64,000 nucleotides of DNA from contig NC_043006.1 in NCBI RefSeq assembly GCF_006345805.1, forward strand, positions 1,984,001-2,048,000, read 5' to 3'. A program made the translations under genes and the position numbers. Below the pieces are notes generated by a model. That model did not search any database and was not told the origin of the DNA. It saw only the letters and a program-made list of their open reading frames with translations. Of this stretch, positions 1 through 11,761 are shown in pieces (within the stretch, counting starts at the first letter, position 1; each line of letters opens with the position of its first letter). Source of the DNA: Octopus sinensis (lineage: Eukaryota).

Positions 1-717
1 CATTTGCAGTTGTTAGTCTCAACATTTTATAAAGATGTAACACTGAGTGGGATTTAAATACTTCTAATTGTAAAGAATGTTAAGTGTGTTTTTCTGGAGG
101 GTTGTCCAAACCCACCCTGTTGTTGCTCTGATGATCTCATGGCTTGTGAATCTGACATCCCGGTTTAGCAAGAACTTCGACTGAGAATGTAACAAGTCAA
201 AATTAGAAAATGTATTTGAAGGATTGTCTGCATGGAAAGACACCTACACATTTTCAAAAGAATTAATATTCTTGAAAGATTCCAATAAAAATATTCACCA
301 ATTACAAAAATTACACTGGAGATATTATTATTATTATTATTATCATTATTATTATTAACCATGCAGAATGCATAAAACTTGTATGTCATCATCATCATCA
401 TCGCCACCATAACCTTGATCATCAACAGTATCATCATCACCACACATCTTAATCATCATCATCACCACCACCACCACCATCGTTGTCATTGTCATCATTT
501 TAATGACAACTTTTTTCTCTATGCTTTGCATGGGTCTGACGAAAGTATGCTGGAACAGATTTTCTTTTACTGGCCAGATGCCCTTCTGTTGCCATCCTCC
601 GCTTGTTTCCAAATGAGATAATAATTAGCTTGTTTATCAAACAACAAACACCCTGAACATGTTTACATGGAGGACTGGAAACAAACGACACCACATGGAC
701 AAGCCTTTACAATTGAC

Positions 718-757
<40 letters not shown>

Positions 758-842
758 GTGTTTAGGTATATAAATATGTTAATTCGATCTAATACCGGTC
801 GTTTGCCTGTTTATAGTTTTATACTATTATAAATACATAAGC

Positions 843-1170
843 GCAGGGGTGGCTGTGTCGTAAGAAGCTTGCTTCCCAACCACATAGTCCCAGGTTCAGT
901 CCCACTGTGTGGCACTTTTGGCAAGTGGATTTGGTTGAGGGAAACTAAAAAAAATGTGCATTATAGTGTGTGTGTTTATCTCACACCACTACTTGACAAC
1001 TAGTGTTGGTGTGTTTACGTCCCTGTAACTTAGCAGTTCGGCAAAAGAGACTGATAGAATAAGTACTGAGCTTTTAAAAAAATAAGTCCTGTAGTTGATT
1101 TATTCGACTAAAACCTTTCAAGGCGATGCCCCAACATGGCCACAGTCACATGACTGAAAGAAGTAAAAGA
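843..1170 (+). mobile_element. tRNA-derived SINE family A. Other copies at about 1380-1505, 2201-2510, 2805-2985, 6700-6810, 19437-19640, 20245-20620, 21340-21465, 21990-22115, 22350-22560, 26305-26675, 28650-29320, 30628-30800, 33850-34220, 43900-44050, 46470-46850, 47295-47510, 47740-47995, 48070-48225, 51820-52197
   Basis: Head GTGGCTGTGTGGTAAGAAGCTTGCTTCC...GGTTCAGTCCCACTG (A/B-box-like), internal (TA/TG)n, tail ...GACTGAAACAAGTAAAAGA. Confidence 0.85.
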
Positions 1171-1865
1171 TGCATACGTATGTATGTAGATACATAAATA
1201 TGAAATTTACTGCCCATGTTCCATGCTTTCATGGGTTTGATGCTTTGACAAAGATCTGATGAGACGAAGGACTGCATTGTGCTCCAGTGCCTACTTTGGC
1301 ACAATTTCTAAGACTTCAGATCCTTCTTAATGCCAACCACTTTACAGTGTGTACTGGGAGCTCCTATGACAAGCTTCATTGAGTTTCCATCTACAAAATC
1401 TACCCACAAGGCTTTGGTTGACCTGGTGCTATAAGTGGAGGACACTTGGCCCAAGGTGCCGTGCAGTGGGACTGAACCTGAAGTGAACATGACCACACAG
1501 GCCATGTCTTACTTGTTCTCTTTCCAAAATGGCCTTGTAGATGTAGTAAAGATGAATCCATATCTATTTCATGCGATTCACTGAGCTCCAAATGCATCCT
1601 ACTTACAAGAATAAAATGACACACAGATACACTGTTTAGTGAGTAAACATATTTCATCATTGTCTTAAAATTCAGATGCTTCAACACTAAATACACTTTT
1701 TAGCCTTCTGATATTGTTAACAGTAAGATGTGGAGATTTTTTTCCTTACTATTTTCCAGATTCTAATAACAATTGAGTTTCTGTCTGAAAAGAAAACTTA
1801 CTGTAACTTTCTGATTATGTTTTTAAAGCATATTTTTTTTCTGAGTGTACATTATGCTACCTTAG

Positions 1866-2172
1866 TATTTTAGGTAGGATACACCATCCGATCGTGGCCG
1901 CTGCCAGCCTCGCATGGCCCCCGTGCCAGTGGCATGTAAAAAGCACCATCCGATCGTGGCTGTTTGCCAGCACCATCTGGCACCTGTGCCGGTGGCTGGT
2001 AAAAGCACCCACTACACTCTCGGAGTGGTTGGCGTTAGGAAGGGCATCCAGCCGTAGAAACATTGCCAGATCAGACTGGGCCTGGTGCAGCCTTCTGGCT
2101 TCACAGACCCCAGTCGAACCGTCCAACCCATGCTAGCATGGAAAGCGGACGCTAAACGATGATGATGATGAT
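1866..2172 (+). mobile_element. RTE 3'UTR/tail-only copy. Similar copies at about 5030-5280(-), 7010-7337(+), 22125-22320(-), 26676-26775(-), 27420-27690(+), 28858-29138(+), 30000-30230(-), 33550-33650(+), 38160-38310(+), 46915-47235(-), 51530-51690(+)
   Basis: Shared GGTTGGCGTTAGGAAGGGCATCCAG...AACCCATGCTAGCATGGAAAGCGGACG(T/C)TAAACGATGATG, matching the 3' end of the LINE at 7418. Confidence 0.9.
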
Positions 2173-2670
2173 ACGCTTCAATCATCAAATTATTTTTTTT
2201 TCTCTTTTACTTGTTTCAGTCATTTGACTGTGGCCATGCTAGAGCACCGCCTTTAGTCAAGCAAATCGACCCCAGGACTTACTCTTTGGAAGCCTAGTAC
2301 TTATTCTATTGGGTTTTTTTTTGCCGAACCACTAAGTTACGGGGACGTAAACACACCACCATCGGTTGTCAAGCGATGTTGGGGGGACAAAAGAGACCAA
2401 TAGAATGAGTACTAGGCTTACAAAGAATAAGTCCTGGGGTTGATTTGCTCGACTAAAGGCGGTGCTCCAGCATGGCCACAGTCAAATGACTGAAACAAGT
2501 AAAAGAGTATTTATATAGTAATATATATGTTGCTTTGGTATTGCAAAACTAATAACCTGGTGTAGAACTCAATACATGTATGCTTCAGAATGAAGTGTTA
2601 GATGAGTACAGAGCAGTGATAAGAAAAAGAGAGGACAAAGGAACAAGTGATTATCTTATGGACTTCATTA

Positions 2671-3109
2671 ACTTGCAGCTGTTTCTGCTATACGATGCAG
2701 TGGACTCATTGTCGAGTGCCTGAATAACACCTTATGGCTTCATCAGAGCCTTGAATATGAAGTACAGTTCATTTGGGAAAAGAATTCCCTCTCTCTCTCT
2801 CGGAGAGGCACAAGCACCTACACACACGGTAGTTGAGTTCCGCCTACCAAATTCAATCACAAAGCTCCGGTCGGCCCGGGGCTATAGCAGAGGACACTTG
2901 CCCAAAGTGCCATGCGGTGGGACTGAACCCGAAGCCATGTAGCTGGGAAGCAAACTCCCTAACCACACAGCCATGCCCGTGCCTACAGTTATATTTTTAT
3001 ACACACCTGTATTGGCTTTCTGATTGGGAGACTCCAATGAAGCTATATGATGTTGCTCAGGCACCTAACTACGGGTCCACTGCATCTTATGGATGAAACA
3101 GTTGTAAGG
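2671..3109. mobile_element. Old divergent inverted pair of Penelope-like ends, with decayed hammerheads at 2671-2749(-) and 3031-3109(+), split by a SINE
   Basis: Both read (CUGAUGA/CCAAUGA)AGC.AUA...UCAGGCAC...GUCCACUGCAUC...GAAACAG(C/U)UG(C/U)AAG, and their downstream flanks are homologous. Confidence 0.55.
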
Positions 3110-3281
3110 CAATGAAGTTCCGAAGATAATTCTTTATTTGTTTGTCATCTCATTTTCTTAAATAGTAATAAGTTTTCTCTTCTGTGTGATTAATAATGTC
3201 AACTCGGTTTATTTCAAAAATAGCCTGCATGATCCATTCCATTCCATTACACCAAGTTACTAATGTTGAGTCACTCTTAAC

Positions 3282-3790
3282 CAGTGGTGGGCATGGTTCC
3301 GTGAATTAGCAAAGCTAACTTTCGTTTAGCAGATTAGTGTTTTTGCTAACTTTTGGAAACTGTTAGCGGACCAATTAGGTTCCGCTAAATTTAGTTCTGC
3401 CAACACAATTCATATGTTTGTTCCTGTCTGTGGGTATGTCTCGAAGAGTCCATCAGGCACGCTATTGGCTGACAACATGTACACATGACATGACGTGATT
3501 GGTCGACGCAGCAGCAACTGGCTGAGTAACCTTGTGTAATTCTGAAGTTTTGGGTTTTTTTCACTTATGCCGATGTCACATTACAGACCGTCTTACAGTG
3601 TCAGTGACACCAGTGTATGTTAGTGGCTTATCAAGTTACCGCTTATTGTTATGGGAGGTGAAGACGTTTTTGTTTGGCCTGCAGATGAAGGGCCTGTTGA
3701 GGAGTCTGCAATGGCTGTGGGTGAGACAGAGGTTGCCCAGGTTGAGAGCCAGGGGTCTCAGAACCTGTGTAAAGAGACATAAGTTGTAAA
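3282..3790 (+). mobile_element. hAT-like DNA transposon left end
   Basis: Begins CAGTGGTGGGCA, with clustered TTAGC/GCTAA subterminal motifs; no right end found. Confidence 0.5.
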
Positions 3791-3806
3791 GTTAAAACCG
3801 TAAAAT

Positions 3807-3842
<36 letters not shown>

Positions 3843-3949
3843 ATACCGGAGTAAACACATAAATGTGAAACAAGGTGGAAAAAAGAGTACTCAAATACCA
3901 GTGGTAGAGTAATATGCTTTATTTAAAGCAGCAGAAAATTCAACAAAAC

Positions 3950-3987
3950 CTGTTACTCTGAGTTTCACGTTCCTGTTCGTCGGACAG
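3950..3987 (-). ncRNA. Minimal hammerhead-like motif, core U4>C; a homologous, more decayed copy lies at 47658-47695(+)
   Basis: CUGU-CCGACGA-AC(AGGAAC)GU-GAA-ACUCAGAGU-A/ACAG, inside a longer stem (3917-3938 with 3988-4008). Confidence 0.5.
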
Positions 3988-6900
3988 TTTTTGCTGCTTT
4001 AAATAAAGTATATATATATATATATAATTCTCTACAGCTGGATGCCATTCCTAATGCCAACCACTCAACAGAGTCTGCTGGGTGATTTCTTTTATGTATT
4101 ACTGCCACATGTGTGTTTATGCAGCACCGACACAGGTACATTAACACAGCACTGGTGGGGGTGCTTTTTAAGTGGCGCCATCACCTGAAAGTACAAACCT
4201 GTATGTGTGGAAGACAGTAATTTTACTTAAAAGTATAAACAAAGGCCAGTTGCTTGGCTAGGCTCAAAGGTCTGGGGCAGGTACTTCTGGCTCGTGCAAT
4301 ACAACATCTTAAAACACCAGTGTCCCAGAATCCTCTGCACCATTGAGAAGTTTTATTCTCCTTTGACATAATTACAGCAGCCAGCTTATTTTGTGCCCAA
4401 ACCTGCCTAGATGCATTCAAATATTACTATTAAATCTGTTTTTTTTTTCCAAAAAATTCACTTGTAACGTAACAAATCTTATGTGAAAGTGCTTCTTACA
4501 CCTTATCTGCCAGCAAACGCATTGATGAATCTTTCTATGGAAAGTTAACCAATTATTTATAGAATGTAGATTAACCAGTGTACAGACATGCTCATTCCTT
4601 GCAGTCGTTAAAAACGAACTGAGTGACCCTTACACTGACCTTTTCTCACAAGGCTAGAGTGTGGACGATTGATGAACCACACATGTATTCTTGTATTGAT
4701 TTCCCTTCGCTGGACACGCTGCCAATTATTCTAGTTGAGGTGTGCGCAGTCAGAAGAATCAATGTTACTATATACTACAAGCACTAATTTTATCAACCTT
4801 GGGGCAAATGAAATATTGAATTGACCTTGGTGAAATTTGGAGTCATCACATGTTGACACAACCATTATGGTTGTTCTAAGTGTGTCATTGTCGTACCAAT
4901 GGTGCATTCATTTCAACTCATCCGTGGAAGTATGCCTGGTCATGTGGAAATCCTGTCTTGCTTGTAAATAAGTGAGGGATGGGAAGAGGAAGGGTGTCTC
5001 TCAGCAAATGCCGTGTGATCTATGCAAGCATCATCATCATCATCATCGTTTAACGTCCATTTTCCATGCTAGCATGGGTTGGACGGTTCGACCAGGGTCT
5101 GGGAAGCCAGGAGGCTGCACCAGGTTCCAATCTGATCTGGCAGTGTTTCTACACCTGGATGCCCTTCCTAACGCCAACCACTCTGTGAGTGTAGTGGGTG
5201 CTTTTTACGTGCCACCGGAGTCTGGCTATGGCCACGGTCGGTTGGTGCTTTTTATGTGCCACCAGCACAGAAGCCGTAAAAGTGAATGTAGAGACGATGA
5301 CACTGCTGACAACAATGATGATGATGATGTTGATGTACGCTATTTCTGTAAAAAGAAAAAAAAAAAATCAAAATAAACAAGGTAGTCATAGCTTGAATGC
5401 TTTTGTTCATAAGTTTTCTTAATCAAGGCTGGCCTGGGGCTAAAATAGTAATAATAGCTACAACGTTGTAGTTGATAATTCAATGTCAATAATGAAAAGG
5501 CTTTTGATCATGTATTTGCTCAATCAAGATCAACCTGTGGTTAAACACAGACAAGAATTATCCATTATTATTGTGTTTGCCGGCACTTTGCTTTAGTTTG
5601 TCGTCAGCGCAGTAATTGAATGAAGCGATCTGGAATGAGAAGTTTTCTATGACTCATTATCACAGCCTGCCATAGACACGACTGAAGTGTGCTAAATAGA
5701 CTTTCTTTTCTTATGTCAATACGATATTATATTGTTGACTGAGCTTGAGAAATAACGTGTGTGTGTGTATGCAGATGTATATGTATATATGTGTGTGTGT
5801 GTATGTGTATCTATATATATTTGTGTGTGTGTATATGTATACACACACACATACATATACACATATAGAAATATATGTGTATATATGTATGTATGTACGT
5901 AGTATCCATGTATTGTTTAATAACAGTTTGAGCTGACTCCGTGCAACTTAAAGTTCCATAGGCTCATCAGGCTTTTAGAGGGGTCCAATACGGATTCTGG
6001 ATATTGGGCTGCTATCGATCAATGCAGGGCAAATGGTATTATAAATTTGGTAGCGACTGCAGTTCCAGTTTCGCATACCAATCTGGATTCCTGGAACCAT
6101 GTGCTAATACGGAATGTTGGTAATGGCTCTCTGTCTGGGGGAGTTGAGGTCTGACTTGTTAACGACATCAGTCACATGGTACTATTAATTTAATTCAATT
6201 CTGCATTGTAGTCATACACCCACACACACCCACACACACACACACACATGAGCATGTTGGATATAAAACTTACCTTTTGGGTATTAGTACTGCTTTCATC
6301 ACTAATTATTAATCGTTAATAAACCTGCTGGCTAATTGTGATATCTATCTCTGAAAAGATGATTGTATTCTATACGTTGTAGTATCAAGATTTGAGTAGC
6401 ATATAGTAATCACACACCTCCCACGGATAATTCCCAGTAGACATGGGACATGTAAGTTTTGCTGCCCACGACAGACAATTCTTATCTGACATTATCTATG
6501 CATGTGCACCAAGCACCCATATGAAAGGATCTCTAAAGGCTAATGGTGCAGTATTTGGTCTTCTAGCAACACATCCATGTTAAGCTGTGTATATATATAT
6601 GTGTGTGTGTGTGTGTATATCTGTGTGTGTGTATATATCCGTGTGTGTGTCTATATATGTGTGCATATGTGTTGTGTATATATATATGTGTGTGCTTATT
6701 CTTTGTAAGTCCAGCACTTATTCTATCAGTCTCTTTTGCTGAACTGCTAAGTTATGGTGATGTAAACACACCAGCATTGGTTATCAGGCGATGTTGGTGG
6801 ACAAGCACACACACACATATATTAAAGGTAAAAAGAGAAGACAGAATGTTCCAACAAAAAAGTTTATATTACCACAATTGTTTCCTCTTCAAGATGCACT

Positions 6901-7372
6901 GCTCCCTTGTGGGTGTGGAACAATGCAGTAACACCGGATGTAATGCATAAGGCACAGAAGACTCCTGTTGTTGAGGCAATTCGATGACAGCACCGCATGA
7001 CTGGCATCTGTGCTAGTGGAGAGCTAAGAGCACCATCCGAGCGTGATTGTTGCCTGGGCAGCTGACTGGCTCCCGTGCCAGTGGAACATAAAAAGCACCA
7101 TTTGAGCATGGCCATTGCCAGTACTGTCTGACTGGCCCTCGTGCTATTGGCATGTAAAATCACCCACTACACTCTTGGAGTGGTTGGCATTAGGAAGGGC
7201 ATCCAGCTGTAGAAACTTTGCCAGATCAGATTGGAGCCTGGTGCAGCCATCTGGCTTGCCAGTCCTCAGTCAAATCGTCCAACCTCTGCCAGCATGGAAA
7301 TCGGACGTTAAGTGATGATGATGATGATGATGATGATATATATATATATGTATATCTGTATATATTTATATG

Positions 7373-7417
<45 letters not shown>

Positions 7418-7419
<2 letters not shown>

Positions 7420-9448
7420 TCATCATCATCATTTAGCGTCCGTTTTCCATGCTAGCATGGGTTGGACGGTTCTACTGGGGTCTGTGAAGCCAGAAGGCTT
7501 CATCAGGCCCAGTCAAATCTGGCAGTGTTTCTACGGCTGGATGCCCTTCCTAACGCCAACCACTCCGTGAGTGTAGTGGGTGCTTTTTACGTGCCACCCG
7601 CACTGGTGCCAGACAGAGCTGGCAAACGGCCACGAACGGATGGTGCTTTTTATGTGCCACCGGCACGAGGGCCAGGCGAGGCTGGCAACGGACACGAAAC
7701 GGGGCAGTGCTGGCAACGGTCGCGAAACGGAAAGTTCTCTTACATGCCACCGGCACTGGTAACACATCTGCAATTTCCATTGATCGATTTCCATTGATCG
7801 ATTTCGATTCTGATCCTCACTTGCCTCAATGGGTCTTCACAAGCAGAGTTTCGACATGCCACCGGCACTGGTAGCACATCCGCAATTTCCATTGATCGAT
7901 TTCGATTCTGATCCTCACTTGCCTCAACACGTCTTCACAAGTAGAGTTTTGTGTCCCAAGAAGGGAAGGTATGCATACGTAGGCTGGCTCCATCCCATGT
8001 AGAAGGCCATGGGTTGTGGACTCACTTGTCCTGCCGGGTCTTCTCGCGCACAGCACACTTCCAGAGGTCTCGGTCTCTAGTCATTTCCTCAGTGAGACCT
8101 AAAGTTCGAAGGTCGTGCTTCACCACCTCGTCCCAGGTTTTCCTGGGTCTGCCTCTTCCACAGGTTCCCTCAACCGCTAGGGTGTGGCACTTTTTCACAC
8201 AACTATCTTCATCCATTCTCGCCACATGACCATACCAGCGCAAACGTCTCTCTTGCACACCACAACTGATGCTTCTTAGGTCCAGCTTTTCTCTCAAGGT
8301 ACTTACACTCTGCCGAGTGTGAGTACCGGCATTACACATCCATCGGAGCATACTGGCTTCATTTCTAGCGAGCTTACGCATATCCTCAGCAGTCACGGCC
8401 CATGTTTCACTGCCATGTAGCATGGCTGTTCGTACACACGCATCATACAGTCTGCCTTTCACTCTGTGCGAGAGGCCTTTTGTCACCAGCAGAGGTAAGA
8501 GCTCTCTGAACTTTGCCCAAGCTATTCTTACTCTAGCAGTTACACTTTCAGCACACCCGCCCCCGCTGCTGACTTGGTCACCTAGGTAACGGAAACTATC
8601 AACTATTTCTAGTTTTTCTCCCTGGAAAGTGACGGAAGTTGGTCTCAGAGCATTTTCAGTGTTTATTGTTCCTGAGCATCTGCCACATACAAAAACCATC
8701 TTCCTAGTTAGCCTTCCTTTGACATTGCTGCATCTCTTATGTGTCCATAGCTTACACTTGGTGCATCTTATAGAGTTTCTACCTACACCTTTTCTACAGA
8801 TCGAGCAGGGCCATCTACCTGAAGGTGTTTGTGATTTGTCTACCTTCCTACTGATTACGACTTTGGTTTTAGCTAGATTGACTCTGAGGCCCTTCGATTC
8901 TAATCCTTGTTTCCACACCTGGAACTTCTCCTCCAGTTCTGATAGCGACTCAGCAATTAGAGCAAGGTCATCAGCATAGAGGAGCTCCCAAGGGCATCCT
9001 GTCTTGAATTCCTCCGTTATTGCCTGGAGGACTATGATAAATAGGAGGGGGCTGAGTACTGAGCCTTGGTGGACCCCTACCTCTACCCGGAATTCTTCAC
9101 TGTACTCATTTCCAACCCTCACCCTACTAGCGGCGTCCCTATACATGGCCCGCACAGCTCTCACTAACCATTCATCTATCCCTAGTTTTCTCATTGCCCA
9201 CCAGATAAGGGATCGAGGGACCCTGTCGAAGGCTTTCTCCATGTCAACAAAAGCCAGGTACAGGGGCTTATCTTTGGCTAGGTATTTCTCCTACAGCTGC
9301 CTTACCAGGAATATAGCATCAGTGGCGCTTTTCCCTGGCACAAACCCAAACTGCATCTCATCTAAACTAACTCTCTCTCTAATTAGTTGGGCTATGACCC
9401 TCTCCGTAACCTTCATCACCTGGTCCAACAGCTTGATACCTCTGTAGT

Positions 9449-9450
<2 letters not shown>
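7418..9450 (-). mobile_element. 5'-truncated RTE-clade LINE: RT, PHD-like insert, RTE C-terminus, long 3'UTR, (ATG)n tail
   Basis: ORF 8022-9242 has KAFDRV, GVHQGSVLSP, YADD, FRYLG, RLRWYGHV and RGRPRKTW. Upstream QFGF and AIFLVRQL* show an in-frame TAG near 9291. Confidence 0.96.
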
Positions 9451-9501
<51 letters not shown>

Positions 9502-9508
9502 TTATATA

Positions 9509-9541
<33 letters not shown>

Positions 9542-9542
9542 T

Positions 9543-9587
<45 letters not shown>

Positions 9588-9834
9588 TTATATATATGTG
9601 TGTATGTATATATATGTATATATCATATATATATGTATATGTATATATTATATATGTATATGTATATAACGTAAAGTGTACTAGCCATCTGAATGTGGCA
9701 AGCCACTGGGGGTGGGTGTTACTGAAGCTTATAGCCCCAGGAGATCATCGTCTCCAGCTGGCTTTAGACACACTTTCTGTGACCTTATGGTATTTGCAAA
9801 GGGAGGTCATCCCCTCTTGAAAACCTAAGTGATA

Positions 9835-9879
9835 CATACGGACTATAGTTTCGAGGTATTTGCCTCTCGTCAACGTACG
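9835..9879 (-). ncRNA. Minimal type-I hammerhead ribozyme, identical inverted copy
   Basis: Exact reverse complement of 10123-10167. Confidence 0.75.
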
Positions 9880-10122
9880 GTAATCACCGATTTTCGATTA
9901 GGTAGGCCTGTTTGCGAATATCTATTTAATGTTTTTCTCAGCAACCACTGTCTCTGATTTAGAAAAACTGTCTGAAAGCATTAATAAATCTCTGAACGAG
10001 ATGTAAACAGAGATTTATTAATGCTTTCAGACAGTTTTTCTAAATCAGTGACAGTGGTTGCTGAGAAAAACATTAAATAGATATTCGCAAACAGGCCTCC
10101 CTAATCGAAAATCGGTGATCAC

Positions 10123-10167
10123 CGTACGTTGACGAGAGGCAAATACCTCGAAACTATAGTCCGTATG
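10123..10167 (+). ncRNA. Minimal type-I hammerhead ribozyme, U3 variant
   Basis: CGUACG-UUGACGA-GAGG(CAAAUA)CCUC-GAA-ACUAUAGU-C/CGUAUG. Stems I, II and palindromic III all pair; GUC cleavage triplet. Confidence 0.75.
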
Positions 10168-11599
10168 TATCACTTAGGTTTTCAAGAGGGGATGACCTCC
10201 CTTTGCAAATATCAGAAGAGCACAGAAAGTGTGTCTAAAGCCAGCTGGAGACGATGATCTCCTGGAGCTATAAGCTTCAGTAACACCCACCCCCAGTGGC
10301 TAGTACACTTTACGTTGTCGAGCGGTTACTGTTTACACCTCGTTCGGAGATTTATTAATGCTTATATGTATATATCTATATATGTATATGTATATATCTA
10401 TATATATATATGTATATGTATATATCTATCTATGTATATATCTATCTATGTATATGTATATATCTATTTATATATATGTATATGTATATATCTATATATA
10501 TATATGTATATGTATATATCTATATATATATGTATATGTATATATCTATCTATATATGTGTGTGTGTGTGTCTATCTAATATCTATAAAATTGAAGTTTT
10601 CTGTGAGTGTGTGTCTACCAAAATATAATGTACCTCAGTATCCTATACATACATCTTTCATCCAATTTCTTTAAAATTTTATACACAGCTGTTTCATATC
10701 CCAGACCCAAACACAGGCTACTTAGATTTTTTTTAAAAATCAATATTGGGGTCTCTAGAGCAATAGGAAACCAACAGTAGATGGTTCCTATTCATTTGCA
10801 TTACTCAGCTGTTTTATAATCTGTAGGGTCTTCCATACTTTCTTAATCTTTTTATAAAAGTGAAAGGATTTTCTCTATTCATTTATTTCCACTGTCCACC
10901 ACCAGCAGTGGTGATTAAATTGATTAGGAATACTGAACACGTACATTTCCACAATTCTCAACCAATTTTCACCAAACTTTACACACACTTTACTTATGCC
11001 CCCAAGATGGTCATGCTCCAAATGTTTTCTCCAGACTTCCTGCATAAACGGACGTAAATGGACATAGTTCTTTTGTATGTAGGGTGTTCCATAATTTTTT
11101 AATCCTGTTTCTAAAAGGGAAAAGATTTTGTCTATTCATATATTTTGTCTGTCCACCTGCCACTGTGATTAATTGACTAGGAAAACTGTACGCAATGAAT
11201 ATCCAATACCAAACAATCTTGATCTCCATATTTAATCAGCATTAAACTTTGGCAAGCTTACCTTTACCAATTCTGAATTACTTGAAAGGTGATGTTCCCT
11301 TCCCTCTCTTCTATTTGTTGATGCCTTTGTTTACCTGCCAATGCGTTGTTTCACTTTAAGGGATGCTTATTTACCCATCCGTTATGCTATTTTGTGCTTT
11401 GTTTCAAATATGTTTTAGCATTGTCGTTCCAGCCTTTTTTAAACAATCACATATGATTGTTACAAAGAATCAACCTTTAAATAAGAGTTTTGCTTCCACT
11501 AGCAAAAGCTATACGTATATTCCAGAAAGCTCCATACCAATTTAACGAACCTCCACCAACTATTCTGCCTATATGTCTGTGCACACCTTTCAATGCAGT

Positions 11600-11709
11600 G
11601 TATATGTATGTATATGTATATATATATATGATATATATATATATATATATATTGTATATATATATATAATGTATATATATATATATATGTATATATATGT
11701 GTATATATG

Positions 11710-11761
<52 letters not shown>

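Larger units (their letters stand above)
9668..10363. mobile_element. Penelope-like / non-LTR retrozyme-like insertion forming an inverted duplication
   Basis: Arms 9668-9994 and 10008-10316 with a 13-nt loop; 337-nt terminal redundancy; a hammerhead-like motif in each arm; microsatellite flanks. Confidence 0.75.

Noticed and set aside
1500-1790. Minus-strand exon-like segments
   Set aside because: Joining the plausible splice sites creates a stop codon, and there is no recognisable homology.
2584-2722. Coding-looking frame LQNEVLDEYRAVIRK...
   Set aside because: It is the antisense of a decayed hammerhead-bearing repeat.
5930-6180. GC-richer unique island containing CTGATGA on the minus strand
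   Set aside because: No GAAA plus stem III, and no convincing ORF or termini; left unassigned.
10683-10700. Hammerhead from GAAACAGCTGT on the minus strand (also GAAACGTT at about 50206)
   Set aside because: No CUGANGA with a pairing stem II nearby; at 10683 the cleavage position would be G.
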